Source: Macrostomum lignano (Eukaryota). Taken from it: DNA of 64,000 nt. Positions 25,704 to 40,100 of the stretch are shown here, in pieces. The position numbers were made by a program, and so were the translations under genes. The DNA is taken from NCBI GenBank assembly GCA_002269645.1, contig NIVC01003105.1, forward strand, positions 55,276 to 119,275, given 5' to 3'. Position 1 is the first letter of the stretch. Each line of letters opens with the position of its first letter. The notes under the pieces are model-generated. The model ran no database searches. It had not been told where the DNA came from and saw only the letters and a program-made list of their open reading frames with translations.

Positions 25704-26787
25704 GGCGGCTCATTGCTCCCCTGCTAGTCTATCAGATATTAATGGCTTTCTTGTATGCTTGCTCGGTTTGGAATAATAATAGAGATCGTACCATTTCTAA
25801 GACAAATGTTTTTTTAGAGATATGTAGATATGTCATGTCGGGGTGTTATACGAGCTAGTTATGCCATTTTAGAACCTCGATATTATTATAGAACTGTATC
25901 TGCCATTGTGGGACAGATGCATAAAACATTAGAATAGGTCTTTTTTTCCTTGCTATATTAATTTAACATTCTGAAATATTTTTTCTGAACAAATAATTTG
26001 TTTGTATAATTTTGTCTTTATACATGTAATAGTAAAAAACTATCAAGTTTTCAGGATATTTAAAGTTATTGCAGCAATCATCTGCATCCTTTCATCTTTT
26101 TTTGCAGCGACTCCCAAATATAATGTGTGTGTATAGCGGACAAGAGAAAAAAGGGGCGGTGCCCCCAGCCCAGGCCGATTTAAAATACAGTTTGGCTTTT
26201 ATCTTGCCCGCTTGTGTGTTACTTTGACCTCTTTCCTTACTGCTCTCTCATTAGCTGAGCTAGATTGGGCCTGGGCTGAGGTTCGTCCGTCTGTGACTTT
26301 TATCTCTTTCCTTACTGCTCTCTGATTGGCTGAGCTAGATTGGGCCTGCCCTCAAGACTGAGTTTCGTCCGTCTAACTTTGACCTCTCTCCTCGCTGCTC
26401 TCTCATTGGCTGAGGCAGATAGGGCCTGCCCCACCCCCCCACTATAGCTGAGTTTCCCGAGAAAGGAAAGAAAATTTTAGCTACCACATTAAATTTAAGT
26501 AGTTAAACTACTAATCAGTAATCACTAATCAGTTAAACTACTGAATAAAAAGTAGACGTTCTAATTTTTCACAATGTTAATTGTGAGTGGCATATCAGTT
26601 CTTCTAGTAGCTGTGGTTTTAATTCCGATTGCCTACCATTACCGTCATAGAAAAAACTATTTTAATCTTTTTTACTTCACCATTTAATCCCATGCTGTGT
26701 TGTCCGAACGAACCACAGTTAGCTTTTGTTTATTTCTTGACTTTTTCTTATATATTTTACTTTCTTTTTGGTTAGTTATATAGCTTT

Positions 26788-27558
26788 ACAAGCTGTTGAA
26801 ACCCGCGGATTTTGAACCCGGGGAATTCCAATCCCCGGAACTACTTTTGCATGTATTCTGAAATCTAAGGTCATACACAAACAAAAACTTGTTAATAGTT
26901 AGTAGGATAGAGGTAGACATAAAATGGACACATTTGTGTAAAATTAGGATTTGAAGCAAACATTGATATTGTTGGCTGGGGTACTTCACAGAATGTCAGG
27001 CAATGTCTGTCTGACTCTAAAACATGTATTGGCAAACTCTGGCCTCTCCCTGACTCTCCCTATGTCCCTTGGATCCTTTAAAATTTCTATCGTCTCTTTG
27101 TTTCCTCTCTTCTCTCTCGTCCCTCGTCTCTCCTATCTTCTTTCGTATCTTCCCTCATCTCTCTTCTCTTTCATATCACTTATCTCATCTCTTCCCTTTT
27201 CTTTTCTCTCTCCTCTCCTCTCTCCTCTCTACTTTTTCGTTTTCTCTCTTCTCCTCTCTCTCTCCCTCTTCTCTCGTCCCTTCCTTCTCCTCTCTATTCT
27301 TTTCTCTCTTCTCTTAACTCTCTCCTCTCTCCTCTTTCCTCTCTCTCCTCTCTCCCCTCTTCTCTCGTCTCTTCTCTCACCTCTTTCCTCTCTCTCTTTC
27401 CTCTCATCTCTTTTCTTGTTTTATCTCTTCTCTCTCCCCTCGTCACTCGACTCTTCCCTCACCTCTCTTCTCTCTTGTCTGCGTTTTTATCTCTCCTTCC
27501 TCTTCTTTTATCTTTTCTCTCTTATCTCTTCTCGTTTCTCTCTGCTCTGCGCGCTCTC

Positions 27559-27603
<45 letters not shown>

Positions 27604-30493
27604 TCCTCTCCCATCTCTCTTCTCCTCTCTACTCTCTCCCCTCTTCATTCTCCTATTTCCTCTTCTCTCTCCCTGTCTCTCCTCTCTCCTCTAGTCTCTG
27701 TAATCTCTTCTCTCTTATCTCTCCTCTGTTCTCTCTACTCTCCCATCTCTCGTCTGTTCACCCTCATCTCTGCTCTCTCATCTGTCATCTTTACTCTCTA
27801 ATACGTTCTCTCACTTATCTCCTCTGTACTCTTCTGTTACACCTCTTCTGACTCCTCTCTTTCCTTACTCCTCTCTTCTTTTCTCTTCCCTCTTCTATAC
27901 TCTCTCTCCTCTAATATCTTCTCCCGTCTCTCTGCACTCTCCTCTCACCTTTTTCATCTCTCATCTTTACTCTCTAATCTCTCCTTTCATTTGTCTCATC
28001 TCTACAATCTCATCTCTCCTTTCTCCCCTCTTCTTACACCCCTCTCTTATCTCTATCTCTTCTCTTCTCACTCCTCTCTCCCCCTCTAATCTCCTCTTTT
28101 CTCTATCCTTTCTACTCTCTCCTCTCCTCTTGACCCTCTGTCATCTTCTTTCTGCTCTCTCATCTCTACTCTCTTCTCACTCTTCTTTACTCTCCTCTCA
28201 TCGATCCTCTGTCTCATCTCTCCCCTCTTCTCACCTTTACTCTTTCCTCTCCCTCCTTTCTCCCCTCCTCTCGCTTCTTCCTCCCTTCTTCTCTGCTCTC
28301 TCCTCACCACTTGTCTCTCCTCTTATCTTCCATGTTTTCTCTTATCCCCCTCTCGCCTCTCCTCTCTTCTAATAGTCTATTCCTTCTCCTTTCCACTCTC
28401 ATCTGGCCCGCACATAAGCTGGATTTTTTATCTGGCTTTTGAAGTAAAAGTCTGCCGATCCCTGCTTGGAAAGCCAGTTTGTGGGACGTACTACTCTCAT
28501 CGTTATTCTCATGCTTTGATCACGTCATCTTTCTTGCCAATTTGCAGCCCTGAAAGGAATTTGTGTATCTTCAGCTCCACTGCAGTCTGCATCAGTCTAA
28601 CAACCAAGGAAATACGCATTTCTTAGAAGGCCATTTAAATTTCAAAGTACATTTTAAGAGAAACTTAAAATTTCCATGGTGTGCCTAATTTAGTAGGGTT
28701 GTATTTCATTGCATTGCATAGCCTTTTCATAAATATTTCGCTTTTACAAACCATTCTGGATTGCCTCGATTTGCCAATTGCCATCCACTGTTAAACTGCT
28801 GCAGAGTTTGCCTATACAGAGGGGAGGGCAGTGGTTAGAATTTCTCACTAAACTGTTATGGCTAAACGTAGCCTCTCCACTCTCGGGGTGCGAGATTGCG
28901 AGAAAGCTATAAATAAAGTTATTCCAAAACACTGTACATTTGCTATGTACATTCAGTCCTATCGCCTGACCCTTCGTCTGGCTCTGGGGCAATGAGTGAG
29001 TGAGTGGCACAAACAACAGAAAAAGCAGACAAACTTCACATGCTTACAGTTTCTTTTTCGGTTGAGTTACAGAGTTGAAACTTTACATTTAGATAGAGAA
29101 TGAGTCAATGAAGAATTGTGTCAAGTTGGGAGTCAATCGCTTTACGTGGAGCAAACTTATGGCAGCTGAAAGTTAGTCAATTTTGAAACCCTTTTACACA
29201 TCTGGGCCCAGATCGGGATCGGGAAAGAGAGGCAGGCGGGCGGAGGTTGGGGTGGTTGCTACGCTGCAAAAAACAGCCTAACTTTAAAGGCGCACAGCAC
29301 CGCTCAGGATTAACTTTGATACTCGAAATTTTACATGATTGTGCCAAAATAGTTAAAGATTATCTGTGTCAAATTTGAAGAGAATCGGTAGAAGTGGAGC
29401 GGCGCTATGGAGGATTTAGTGAAAAAATCGCGCATTTTAAGCAGTTTTTTGTACTTTTAGGTAGGAAGACTTGAGTCTAGGAAATTAAAAGGTAGCCTAA
29501 GACAATCTCCGTAGTAAGTTTAGGGTGGGTATAAAGTTTGGTGTCATTTGGTTGAGCGGTTTGGGAGTCCATAGCGATCAAAATTGTCCACACACAGACA
29601 GACACACAGAGTTTTGATTTTTATAGGTAGAGAGTCTCTCTACTAGAGACAAGCTGTTGAAACCCGCGGATTTGAAACCCGGGGAATTCCAATCCCCGGA
29701 ACTACTTTTGCCTGTATTCTGAAATCTAAGGCCATACCCCATACACAAACAAATTAATAGTTAGTAGGATAGAGGTAGACAAAATGGAGCACATTCGTGT
29801 AAAATAAGGGTTTGAGGCAAACGTTTATACTGTTTGCTGGAATGCTGGGGTACTCCACAGAATGCCAGGCAATGTCTGTCTGACTCTAAAACATGTATTG
29901 GCAAACTCTGGCCTCTCCCTGACTCTCCCTATGTCCCTTGGATCCTTTAAAATTTCTATCGTCTCTTTTGTTTCCTTTCTTCTCTCTCATCCCTCGTCTC
30001 TCGTCTCTCCTCTCTCTTCTCTCGTATCTTCCCTCATCTCTCTTCTCTTTCATCTCTCTTATCTCATCTCTTCCCTATTCTTTTCTCTCTCCTCTCCTCT
30101 CTCCTTTCTACTTTTCGTTTTCTCTCTGCTCTCCTCTCTCCTCTCTACTCTTTCGTTTTCTCTCTCCTCTCCTCTCTCTTCTCTCCCCCTCTTCTCTCGT
30201 CTCTTCCTTCTCCTCTCTATTCTTTTCTCTCTTCTCTTAACTCTCTCCTCTACTCTCTCATCTCTCCTCTCTACTCTTTCCTCTCTCTCTCCTCTCTCCC
30301 CTCTTCTCTCGTCTCTTCCCTCACCTCTTTCCTCTCTCTCTTTCCTCTCATCTCTTTTCTTGTTTTATCTCTTCTCTCTCCCCTCGTCGCTCGTCTCTTC
30401 CCTCACCTCTCTTCTCTCTCGTCCGCTCTTTCATCTCTCCTTTCTCTTCTTTTATATTTTCTCTCTTATCTCTTCTCGTTTCTCTCTGCTCTG

Positions 30494-30566
<73 letters not shown>

Positions 30567-32597
30567 CCCATCTCTCTTCTCCTCTCTACTCTCTCCCCTC
30601 TTCATTCTCCTGTTTCCTCTTCTCTCTCCCTGTCTCTCCTCTCTCCTCTAGTCTCTGTAATCTCTTCTCTCTTATCTCTCCTCTGTTCTCTCCACTCTCC
30701 CATCTCTGGTCTGTTCATCTGCTCTCTCATCTGTCATCTTTACTCTCTTATACGTTCTCTCACGTATCTCCTCTGTACTCTTCTCTTCACCTCTTCTCAC
30801 TCCTCTCTTTCCTTACTCCTCTCTTCTTTTCTTTTCCCTTTCTATACTTTCTCTCCTCTATTATCTTCTCTCGTCTCTCTGCACTCTCCTCTCACCTTTT
30901 TCATCTCTCATCTCTTTGATCTGTCTCATCTCTACAATCTCATCTCTTTCCTCTCTCCTCCTCTTCCCTTTACTCTCTCATCTCTCCTTTCTCCCCTCTT
31001 CTTACACCCCTCTCTTATCTCTATCTCTTATCTTCTCACCCCTTCTCTCCCCCTCTTATCTCCTCTCTTTTCTATCCTTTCTACTCTCTCCTCTCTAATC
31101 TCTAATCTCCTCTTGACCCTCTGTCATCTTCTTTCTGCTCTCTCATCTCTTATCTCTTCTCACTCTTCTCTACTCTCCTCTCATCGATCCTCTGTCTCAT
31201 CTCTCCCCTCTTCTCGCCTTTACTCTTTCCTCTCCCTCCTTTCTCCCCTCCTCTCACTTCTTCCTCCCTTCTTCTCTGCTCTCTCCTCACCACTTGTCTC
31301 TCTTCTTATATTCCATGTTTTCTCATATCCCCCTCTCGCCTCTCCTCTCTTCTAATAGTCTATTCCTTCTCCTTTCCACTCTCATCTGGCCCGCACATAA
31401 GCTGGATTCTTTATCTGGCTTTTGAAGTAAAAGTCTGCCCATTCCTGCTTGGTAAGCCATGCAGTTTGTGGGACATACTACTCTCATGGCTGTTCTCATG
31501 CTTTGATCACGTCATTTTTCTTGCCAATTCGCAGCCCTGAAAGGAATTTGTGTATTTTCAGCTCCACTGCAGTCTGCATCAGTCTAACAACCAAGGAAAT
31601 AAGCATTTCTTAGGACATTTAAAATTTAAAGTACTTTTAAGAGAAACCTAAAATTTCCATGGTGTGACTAATTTAGTAGGGTTGTATTGCATTGCATCGC
31701 CTTTTCATAAATCTTTCGCTTTTACAAACCATGCTGGATAGTGGATTCCCTCGATTTGCCAATTGCCATCCACTGTTAAACTGCTGCAGAGTTTGCCAAT
31801 ACAGAGGGGAGGGCAGTGGTTAGAATTTCTCACTAAACTGTCATGGCTAAACGTAGCCTCTCCACTCTCGGGGTCCAGAGAAGGCTATAAATAAAGTTAT
31901 TCCAAAACACTGTACATTTGCTATGTACATTCAGTCCTATCGCCTGACCCTTCGTCTGGCTCTGGGGAATGAGTGAGTGAGTGGCACAAACAACAGAAAA
32001 AGCAGACAAACTTCACATGCTTACAGTTTCTTTTTCGGTTGAGTTAAAGAGTTGAAACTTTACATTTAGACAGAGAATGAGTCAATGAAGAATTGTGTCA
32101 AGTTTGAAGTCAATCGCTTTACGTGGAGCAAACTTATGGCAGCTGAAAGTTAGTCAATTTTGAAACCCTTTTACACATCTGGGCCCAGATTGGGAAAGAG
32201 AGGCAGGCGGGCGGAGGTTGGGGTGGCTGTCTCGCTGAAAAAAGCAGACTAACTTTAGAAGTGAACAGCGCCGTTCAGGATTAACTTTGAGACTCGAAAT
32301 TTTACACGATTGTGTCACAATAGTTAAAGATTATCTGTGTCAAATTTGAAGAGAATCGGTAAAAGTGGAGCGGCGCTATGGAGGATTTAGTGAAAAAATC
32401 GCGCATTTTGAGCAGTTTTTTGTACTTTTAGGTAGGAAGACTTGAGTCTAGGAAGTTAAAAGGTAGCCTAAGACATTCTCTGTAGTAAGTTTAGGGTGGG
32501 TGTACAGTTTGGTGTAATTTGGTTGAGCGGTTTGGGAGTCCATAGCGATCAAAATTGTCCACAGACACACAGAGTTTTCATTTTTATAGTTAGAGAG
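26788..32597 (+). mobile_element. Head-to-tail tandem pair of a ~2.9-kb non-coding Helentron/HINE-like element (copy 1 ~26788-29634, copy 2 ~29650-32597), each with a 1.3-1.4 kb CT-rich core
   Basis: Both copies start ACAAGCTGTTGAAACCCGCGGATT and end ..GGTTGAGCGGTTTGGGAG..ACAGACACACAGAGTTTT..TTTTATAG[G/T]TAGAGAG, and are co-linear throughout. The duplication is certain; the family assignment is inference. Confidence 0.7.
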
Positions 32598-33199
32598 ATG
32601 TTTTTTAAATACAAATAAGGAAGTGTCTTTTAAATTTAAAAGTACAACTTCAAATTTTTTGCTTTTGACTTCCTCTCATTTTTTTTTGCTTTTTTTCTAC
32701 GTTTTTTTCTCAACTATTTATTGTACTACTCAGCCAAAGCCGATGAGTAGTATCATTAACGCATACTATTGGACACCCACTAAATACGGTACTTTTTATC
32801 TCATTAGTATGTTCACTTGAGTGATTTCAAATAAATTGTTTTGCCTATTTTCTCTGTTTTTGTCAGATTCCGAAAACTTCTTTGTTATTTAATTCTTTTT
32901 TTAGAAAAAGTACCTCTGCAGTGAACATACCAACTAGATTGGAGGAACACTCAGATATTAAAAAACTTCATAGGGATTGAAAAGACACTCATACAGAGAA
33001 AAGGGGACGCTCAGAGGTTTGAGGGACACTCATAGCGATCGAAGAGACAAGGCACGAGGAAGAGACAAGATTAAAGGCACACTCATAGAGAATGAAGAGA
33101 CACTCATAGATATTGAAGGGACACAGACAACCAAGGAAAGTCATGAGATTGATGCGACACCCATAAGAGATTGATGAGACACTCTGAAATTAAAGAGAC

Positions 33200-34495
33200 A
33201 CTCATAGAGAATGAAGAGATACTCATAGCGATCGAGAAGACACTCATGTAGAGATTAAAGGGACACATACATCTAAGGGACAGTCATAGACATGCAAGGG
33301 ACAGTCATAGACATGCAAGGGACAGTCATAGACAACCAAGTGACAGTCATAGACATGCAAGGGACAGTCATAGACAACCAAGTGACAGTCATAGACATGC
33401 AAGGGACAGTCATAGACAACCAAGTGACAGTCATAGACAACCAAGGGACAGTCATAAAGATCGAAGAGACACTCAGAGATCCAAGGGACAGTCATAGAGA
33501 TTGAAGAGACACTCATAGAGATCCAGGGACAGTCATAGACAACCAAGGGACAGTCATAGAGATCGAAGAGACACTCAGAGATCCAAGGGACAGTCATAGA
33601 CAACCAAGGGACAGTCAGACAACCAAGGGACAGTCAGACAACCAAGGGACAGTCAGACAACCAAGGGACAGTCAGTCATAGACAACCAAGGGACAGTCAG
33701 ACAACCAAGGGACAGTCAGTCATAGACAACCAAGGGACAGTCATAGACAACCAAGGGACAGTCATAGACAACCAAGGGACGGTCATAGAGATCGAAGAGA
33801 CACTCAGAGATCCAAGGGACAGTCATAGACAACCAAGGGACAGTCAGTCATAGACAACCAAGGGACAGTCAGACAACCAAGGGACAGTCAGTCATAGACA
33901 ACCAAGGGACAGTCATAGACAACCAAGGGACAGTCATAGACAACCAAGGGACAGTCATAGAGATCGAAGAGACACTCAGAGATCCAAGGGACAGTCATAG
34001 ACAACCAAGGGACAGTCATAGATAACCAAGGGACAGTCATAGAGATCGAAGAGACACTCAGAGATCCAAGGGACAGTCATAGACAACCAAGGGACAGTCA
34101 GTCATAGACAACCAAGGGACAGTCAGTCATAGACAACCAAGGGACAGTCATAGAGATCGAAGAGACACTCAGAGATCCAAGGGACAGTCATAGACAACCA
34201 AGGGACAGTCAGACAACCAAGGGACAGTCAGACAACCAAGGGACAGTCAGTCATAGACAACCAAGGGACAGTCAGACAACCAAGGACAGTCAGTCATAGA
34301 CAACCAAGGGACAGTCAGACAACCAAGGGACAGTCAGACAACCAAGGGACAGTTAGACAACCAAGGGACAGTCATAGACAACCAAGGGACAGTCATAGAC
34401 AACCAAGGGACAGTCATAGACAACCAAGGGACAGTCAGACAACCAAGGGACAGTCAGAGATCGAATAGACACTCAGAGATCCAAGGAACACTCAA
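33200..34495. repeat. 21-bp minisatellite (GACAGTCATAGACAACCAAGG) with variant units, immediately upstream of the SPECC1-like start
   Basis: Tandem units seen directly. Confidence 0.95.
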
Positions 34496-34508
34496 TGATA
34501 AGCGCAAA

Positions 34509-36766
34509 ATGTCCGCCATGCACTGCAGCGGGCCACGGCAGCAGCCCGGCATGCGAGAGGACAAAAAGTCGAACAGCAGCAGCGTCGGCGGCGGTGCAAG
34601 CAATTCACCGCGAATTCCCCTAGTGGCAGCCTGCAACAATACGAATAGTGTCGGCAGTAGTCACAATAATCATCATCACAGTCACGCCAAGACGCCCAGC
34701 GATCCAGCGGCTGCTGGCTCAGCCGCGGTGTCGCAGCAGCATCGCAGCGGGGGCGGCCGGGTCAAGCGCGCCACCCTGCCGATCTCTTCAGCTTCAACAG
34801 CGGTAGCCCAGCAGCAGCAGCAACAGGCGAATTCGATCGTGTCCCGCAGTCAGGAGAACCTCGGCCTGCGAACGGCGACTCTGTCTGGCCGGTCTGCTTC
34901 TAATAGCGGCGGTCGCGGCATTCAGCAGCCGATGAAGAAGTCCTCATCCGCTCAGGGCATCGCCCCGACGCCTCATTCTGCAGCTGTCGCAACCGGCGGC
35001 GCCGGGACCAACGCCGCCGCAGGCGCCGCTTCCGCCGTGTCGGCTTCGATAATTTGCTGCTCTTCTACTGCAACAGCCGCTGCCGAGTCTGTTGCTTCCG
35101 ACGGCGCCATCGCCGCTGCTTCTGCTGGCGAGCCGTCTTCTAGTAGCGCCGCCGGTCTGGAACGAGAGAAGAGTGTCCGCGGCGCAGGTAGTCGCGGCAA
35201 AGCGGAAGCGGAACGACTCAAAGCGGAACTGGAGGCGGCTAAAGCGGAAGCGGCTGCTAGGGAGGCTCGAATGGCCCAGCTCGAGTCCGAGTGCCAGCGA
35301 CTGCGCCGCTCTGCCGCGGCCGCTGCCAGCGCAGTGCCGGCGGCCACTTCGCCTCTGGCCGACGTTCCTGCCGACGTTGCTGCCGAAGCTGGCGGAGCAG
35401 CCGCGGAGATGCGCCAGCGTCTGGCCCAGATGGAGGAGGCAAACTTCAGCGCGACGGAAGAGCTGCAGGCAACGCTGTTGGAGCTGGCTGAGCTGCAGCT
35501 GAGGAACACCCACCTCACTGATGAGAATGAGAATCTGGTTGGGGAGAAACAGGTTGGTGGCGTCATTTGCTGCTTTCACGCCTTTCATTTGCTGGTCTTT
35601 GTTCACCAGTGTTCACATTTATGTTCACTAAGTGTTTACATCTATGATCACCAGTGTTCACATCTATGTTCACCAGTGTTCACATTTATGTTCACCAAGT
35701 GTTTACATCTATGATCACCAGTGTTCACATCTATGTTCACCAGTGTTCACATTTATGTTCACCAAGTGTTTACATCTATGATCACCAGTGTTCACATCTA
35801 TGTTCACCAGTGTTCACATTTATGTTCACCAAGTGTTTACATCTGTAGTGTACGCCCCTCTACGCCTGTAGGCTTGTATGTGACTATAGCTTGAGTTCTC
35901 TCGACCAACGTGCGCTAGCTCTGCCCCACCCCCCCTTAACCATTGCATAACGTGGTAGCCGCACGTCGGCAGTGACTATATATTAACTCAAATATATGGT
36001 CCACGAGACCACTTTATATTTCGCGCACAAGCGCACTACAACATCTATGATCACCAGTGTTCACATCTATGTTCACCAGTGTTCACATTTATGTTCACCA
36101 AGTGTTTACATCTATGATCACCAGTGTTCACATCTATGTTCACCAGTGTTCACATCTATGATCACCGGTGTTCACAACTATGTTCACCAGTGTTCACATC
36201 TATGATCACCGGTGTTCACAACTTACTATGTTCACCAGTGTTCACATCTATGTTCACCAGTTTTCAAATCCATGTTCACCTGTGTTCACATATGTTTACC
36301 AGTATTCAGATCATTCACCTATTGCTAGTGTTAAAACTTGAATTCTCTTCCCAACCACCCCCGTGTCCCCAGGTACTGCTTGAGTCGCTCTACCACCAGA
36401 CTGAGAGTCTGGATCGGAGCCGCCGCACTGTGGAGTCGCTGAAGTCCCTGCTAACCTCGGATATTCGTCGGAGGACGGCGCGCCTGGCCGAACGGGAGCG
36501 GCAACTGCTGGAGCTGCTGGACATCGCCTGCGCCGAGAAGGCCGACGCCTTGGCTGCCCGGCTGGAGTCCGAGCGGCAGCTGGAGTCCGCGAATGCCGAG
36601 CTGAGAGAGCAGCTGCAGCAGCAGCATGCGCAGATGGCCGACCTGCGGCAGCAGGTAAGGGGCTGCAGATGGGCTGTGACAGACAGACACTAGGACAAAC
36701 AGACAGACAGATAGACAGGCAGGCAGACAGACAGACAGACAGACACAGACAGACAGGCAGGCAGGC

Positions 36767-36815
<49 letters not shown>

Positions 36816-36822
36816 GGCAGGC

Positions 36823-36855
<33 letters not shown>

Positions 36856-36858
36856 CTA

Positions 36859-36899
<41 letters not shown>

Positions 36900-36932
36900 C
36901 TATGACAGACAGGCAGACAGACAGACAGACAC

Positions 36933-36999
<67 letters not shown>

Positions 37000-37091
37000 C
37001 TATGACAGACAGACAGACACTATGACAGACAGACAGACAGACAGACAGACACTATGACAGACAGGCAGACAGACAGACAGACAGACACTAT

Positions 37092-37127
<36 letters not shown>

Positions 37128-40100
37128 TCTGTAAACTGTACTTCAGGCCAAGTCAGACGAAATCGACCGGTTAAAGCGGGACCGATTGGCCATCGAGCTG
37201 GAAGGCCGCTGCAACTCTCTCAGACGGGAGGTGGCCCGCTTCAAGCAGCTGTACGAGAGCTCCAAGGCGGATTTCGAGCGGTTAAAGGAGCTTAACAGCG
37301 ACGATGCGGTCAGCACGGCCAGCGAGCTGCAGTCAATGCTGGAGCAGAAGGAGAAATTGGCGTGCGAGCTGTCTAGAGCTCAGGTGAGGGCCCGACAGAA
37401 TGCAACCAGCATTCAAATCCTCCACCTTCCTATGGGGATAAGGGGTAGCTTAGTGCCCCATCTCCCCACTCTTCTCTTCCTCTCTCTTACCCATTTCCAT
37501 CCCCTCTCTTTCCATTCCCCCTCTTCCCATCTCCACTCTCTTCCCATCCCCCCTCTCTTCCCATTTCCCTCTCTTCCCATCCCCCCTCTCTTCCCATCTC
37601 CCCTCTTTTCCCATCCCCCTCTTCCTATCTCCCCTCTCTTCCCATTTTCCCTCTCTTCCCATCTCCACTCTCTTCCCATCTCCCTTCTTCCCATCCCCCT
37701 CTTCCCATCCCCCCTCTATTCCCATCTCCCTTCTTCCTCTCCCCTCTCTTCCCATTTTCGCCCTCTTCCCATTTCTCTTCTTCCTCTCCCCTCTCTTCCC
37801 ATCTCCCTTCTTCTTATCCCCCTCTTCCCATTTTCCATCTCTTCCCATCTCCCCTCTCTTCCCATCTCCCTTCTTCCCACCCCCCCCCTCTTCCCATCCC
37901 CCTCTCTTCCCATCTCCCTTCTTCCCATCCCCTCTCTCTTCTCATCTCTCTTCTTCCTCTCCCCTCTCTTCCCATCTCCCTTCTTCCCATCCCCCTCTTC
38001 CCATTTTCCATCTCTTCCCATCTCCCCTCTCTTCCCATCTCCCTTCTTCCCATCTCCTCTCTCTTCCCATCTCTCTTCTTCCTCTTCCCTCTCTTCCCAT
38101 CCCCCCTCTCTTCCCACCTCCCTTCTTCCCATCCCCCCTCTTCCCATCTCCCCCCTCTTCCCATCTCCCTTCTCTTCCCTCCCCTCTCTTCCCATTTCCC
38201 CTCTCTTCCCATCTCCCCTGAATCCCCGTCTTCCATGTTTCCCCTTTCTAATCTCCCCGGAAACCCGCGCTCCCGGATGCAGGAGGAGCTGAGCCGCCTA
38301 GACGAGTCCAACCTGCAGCTGACCGGCCAGCTCCAAGACCTTCGCCTATCAGCCGAGAAGGCTGCATCGGAGCTGCGCAATCAGCTGCAGCAGCAGGCGC
38401 AGGAGCTGCAGCTTGCCGGTGAGCAGCGACGCAACCTGGCCGAGTCGCTGGCCAGCCAGCAGACGGCCACAGCCGATGCTAGGGCAGCCGCCGAAGCTGA
38501 GGCGGATCGAGCCAAGAGGCTGGAGGCCGAGCTGACCGAATCTGAGGCTGCCTGCGAGAGCCTGCGGGTTCGACTGGCTGTGAGCATGTTTCCGGTGTTT
38601 GGAATTTCAAGGATGGGATATTTCCGGTGTTTGGGATTTCAAGGAAAGGATATTTCCGGTGTTTTAGGGAGTTCAAGGATGGGATATTTCCGGTGTTGTA
38701 GGGATTTCAAGGATGAGATTTTTCCGATGTTTTGGGATTTTAAAGATGGGATGTTTCCGGTGTTTTGAGATTTTAAAGATAGGATATTTCCGTTGTTTTG
38801 GAGAGTTTAAGAATTGGATAATTTCGGAGTTGTTGGGATTTTTCCGGTGTTGTTCGGATATTTCCGGTGTTGTGGGGATTTCAAGCATGAGATATTTCCG
38901 GTGTTTTGGGTTTTCAAAGATAGGATATTTCCGGTGTTTTAGGGAATTCAATGATGGAATATTTCCGGTGTTTTAGGGATTTCAAAGATAGGAAATTTCC
39001 GGTGTCATGTAAGGGGATTTCATAAACTTCCTGCATCATTGCATCGTCACACCTGCTTCTATACTCACACAGGAGTCTGAGCAGCGAGCCGCCAAGAGCT
39101 CGACGAATGGCGCTCGTACGAGCAGGACCTGCTGCGCACAGTGCAGGTGGCGGACGATGTCAAGCAGGAAGCGGAGAAGCTGCTGTCGGACTGGACTCGG
39201 GAGCGGAGCCAGCTGAGCGAGGACAACAGGAAATTAATGGCCGAGCTGACTTCGGCTCGTAGTGAACTCGAACATCTGAAGAGCCAACTGCAGCAGTTGC
39301 AGCAGCAGCAGCAGCTTCAACAGCAGCAACAGCAACAGCAGCAGCAGCAGCGCGACTTTCCCAGCCGCGAGTTGGCCAGCACAGTTGGCAAAGAGCTGGC
39401 CAATATGCGGGCTCTGCGCAAATTGGAGCAGAGGCAGGCCGCTTCTACTCAGGTGAAATCTCTCATCCATTCTATTGAGGAGACCGTGAAGCGAGGGCCG
39501 AGTCCCGACAGCCCGCCGACTGCCGCGGCAGCGACTGCGGTTGCCGACTCGGTGAGTTTTGGGGATGCAGTTTCCGGTGCGTTTAGGTGCAGTTTCCGGT
39601 GGGTTTCTTGGTGTAGTTTCCGGTGGGTTTTGGGTGTAGTTTCCGGTGGGTTTTGGGTGTAGTTTCCGGTGGGTTTTGGGTGTAGTTTCCGGTGTGTTTG
39701 GGGTGCAGTTTCCGGGGGTTTTGGGTGTAGTTTCCGGTGGGTTTCGGGTGTAGTTTCCGGTGGGTTTTGGGTGTAGTTTCCGGTGGGTTTTGGGTGTAGT
39801 TTCCAGTGGGTTTTGGGTGTAGTTTCCGGTGGGTTTTGGGTGTAGTTTCCGGTGGGTTTTGGGTGTAGTTTCCGGTGTGTTTGGGGTGCAGTTTCCGGTG
39901 GGTTTTGGGTGTAGTTTCCGGTGGGTTTTGGGTGTAGTTTCCGGTGTGTTTGGGGTGCAGTTTCCGGTGGGTTTTGGGTGTAGTTTCCGGTGGGTTTTGG
40001 GTGTAGTTTCCGGTGTGTTTGGGGTGCAGTTTCCGGTGGGTTTTGGGTGTAGTTTCCGGTGGGTTTTGGGTGTAGTTTCCGGTGGGTTTTGGGTGTAGTT

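Noticed and set aside
26951-31355. Leu/Ser-rich ORFs of 247 and 497 aa with the same N-terminus
   Set aside because: They come from the CT-rich cores of the duplicated element and start at different positions in the two copies.
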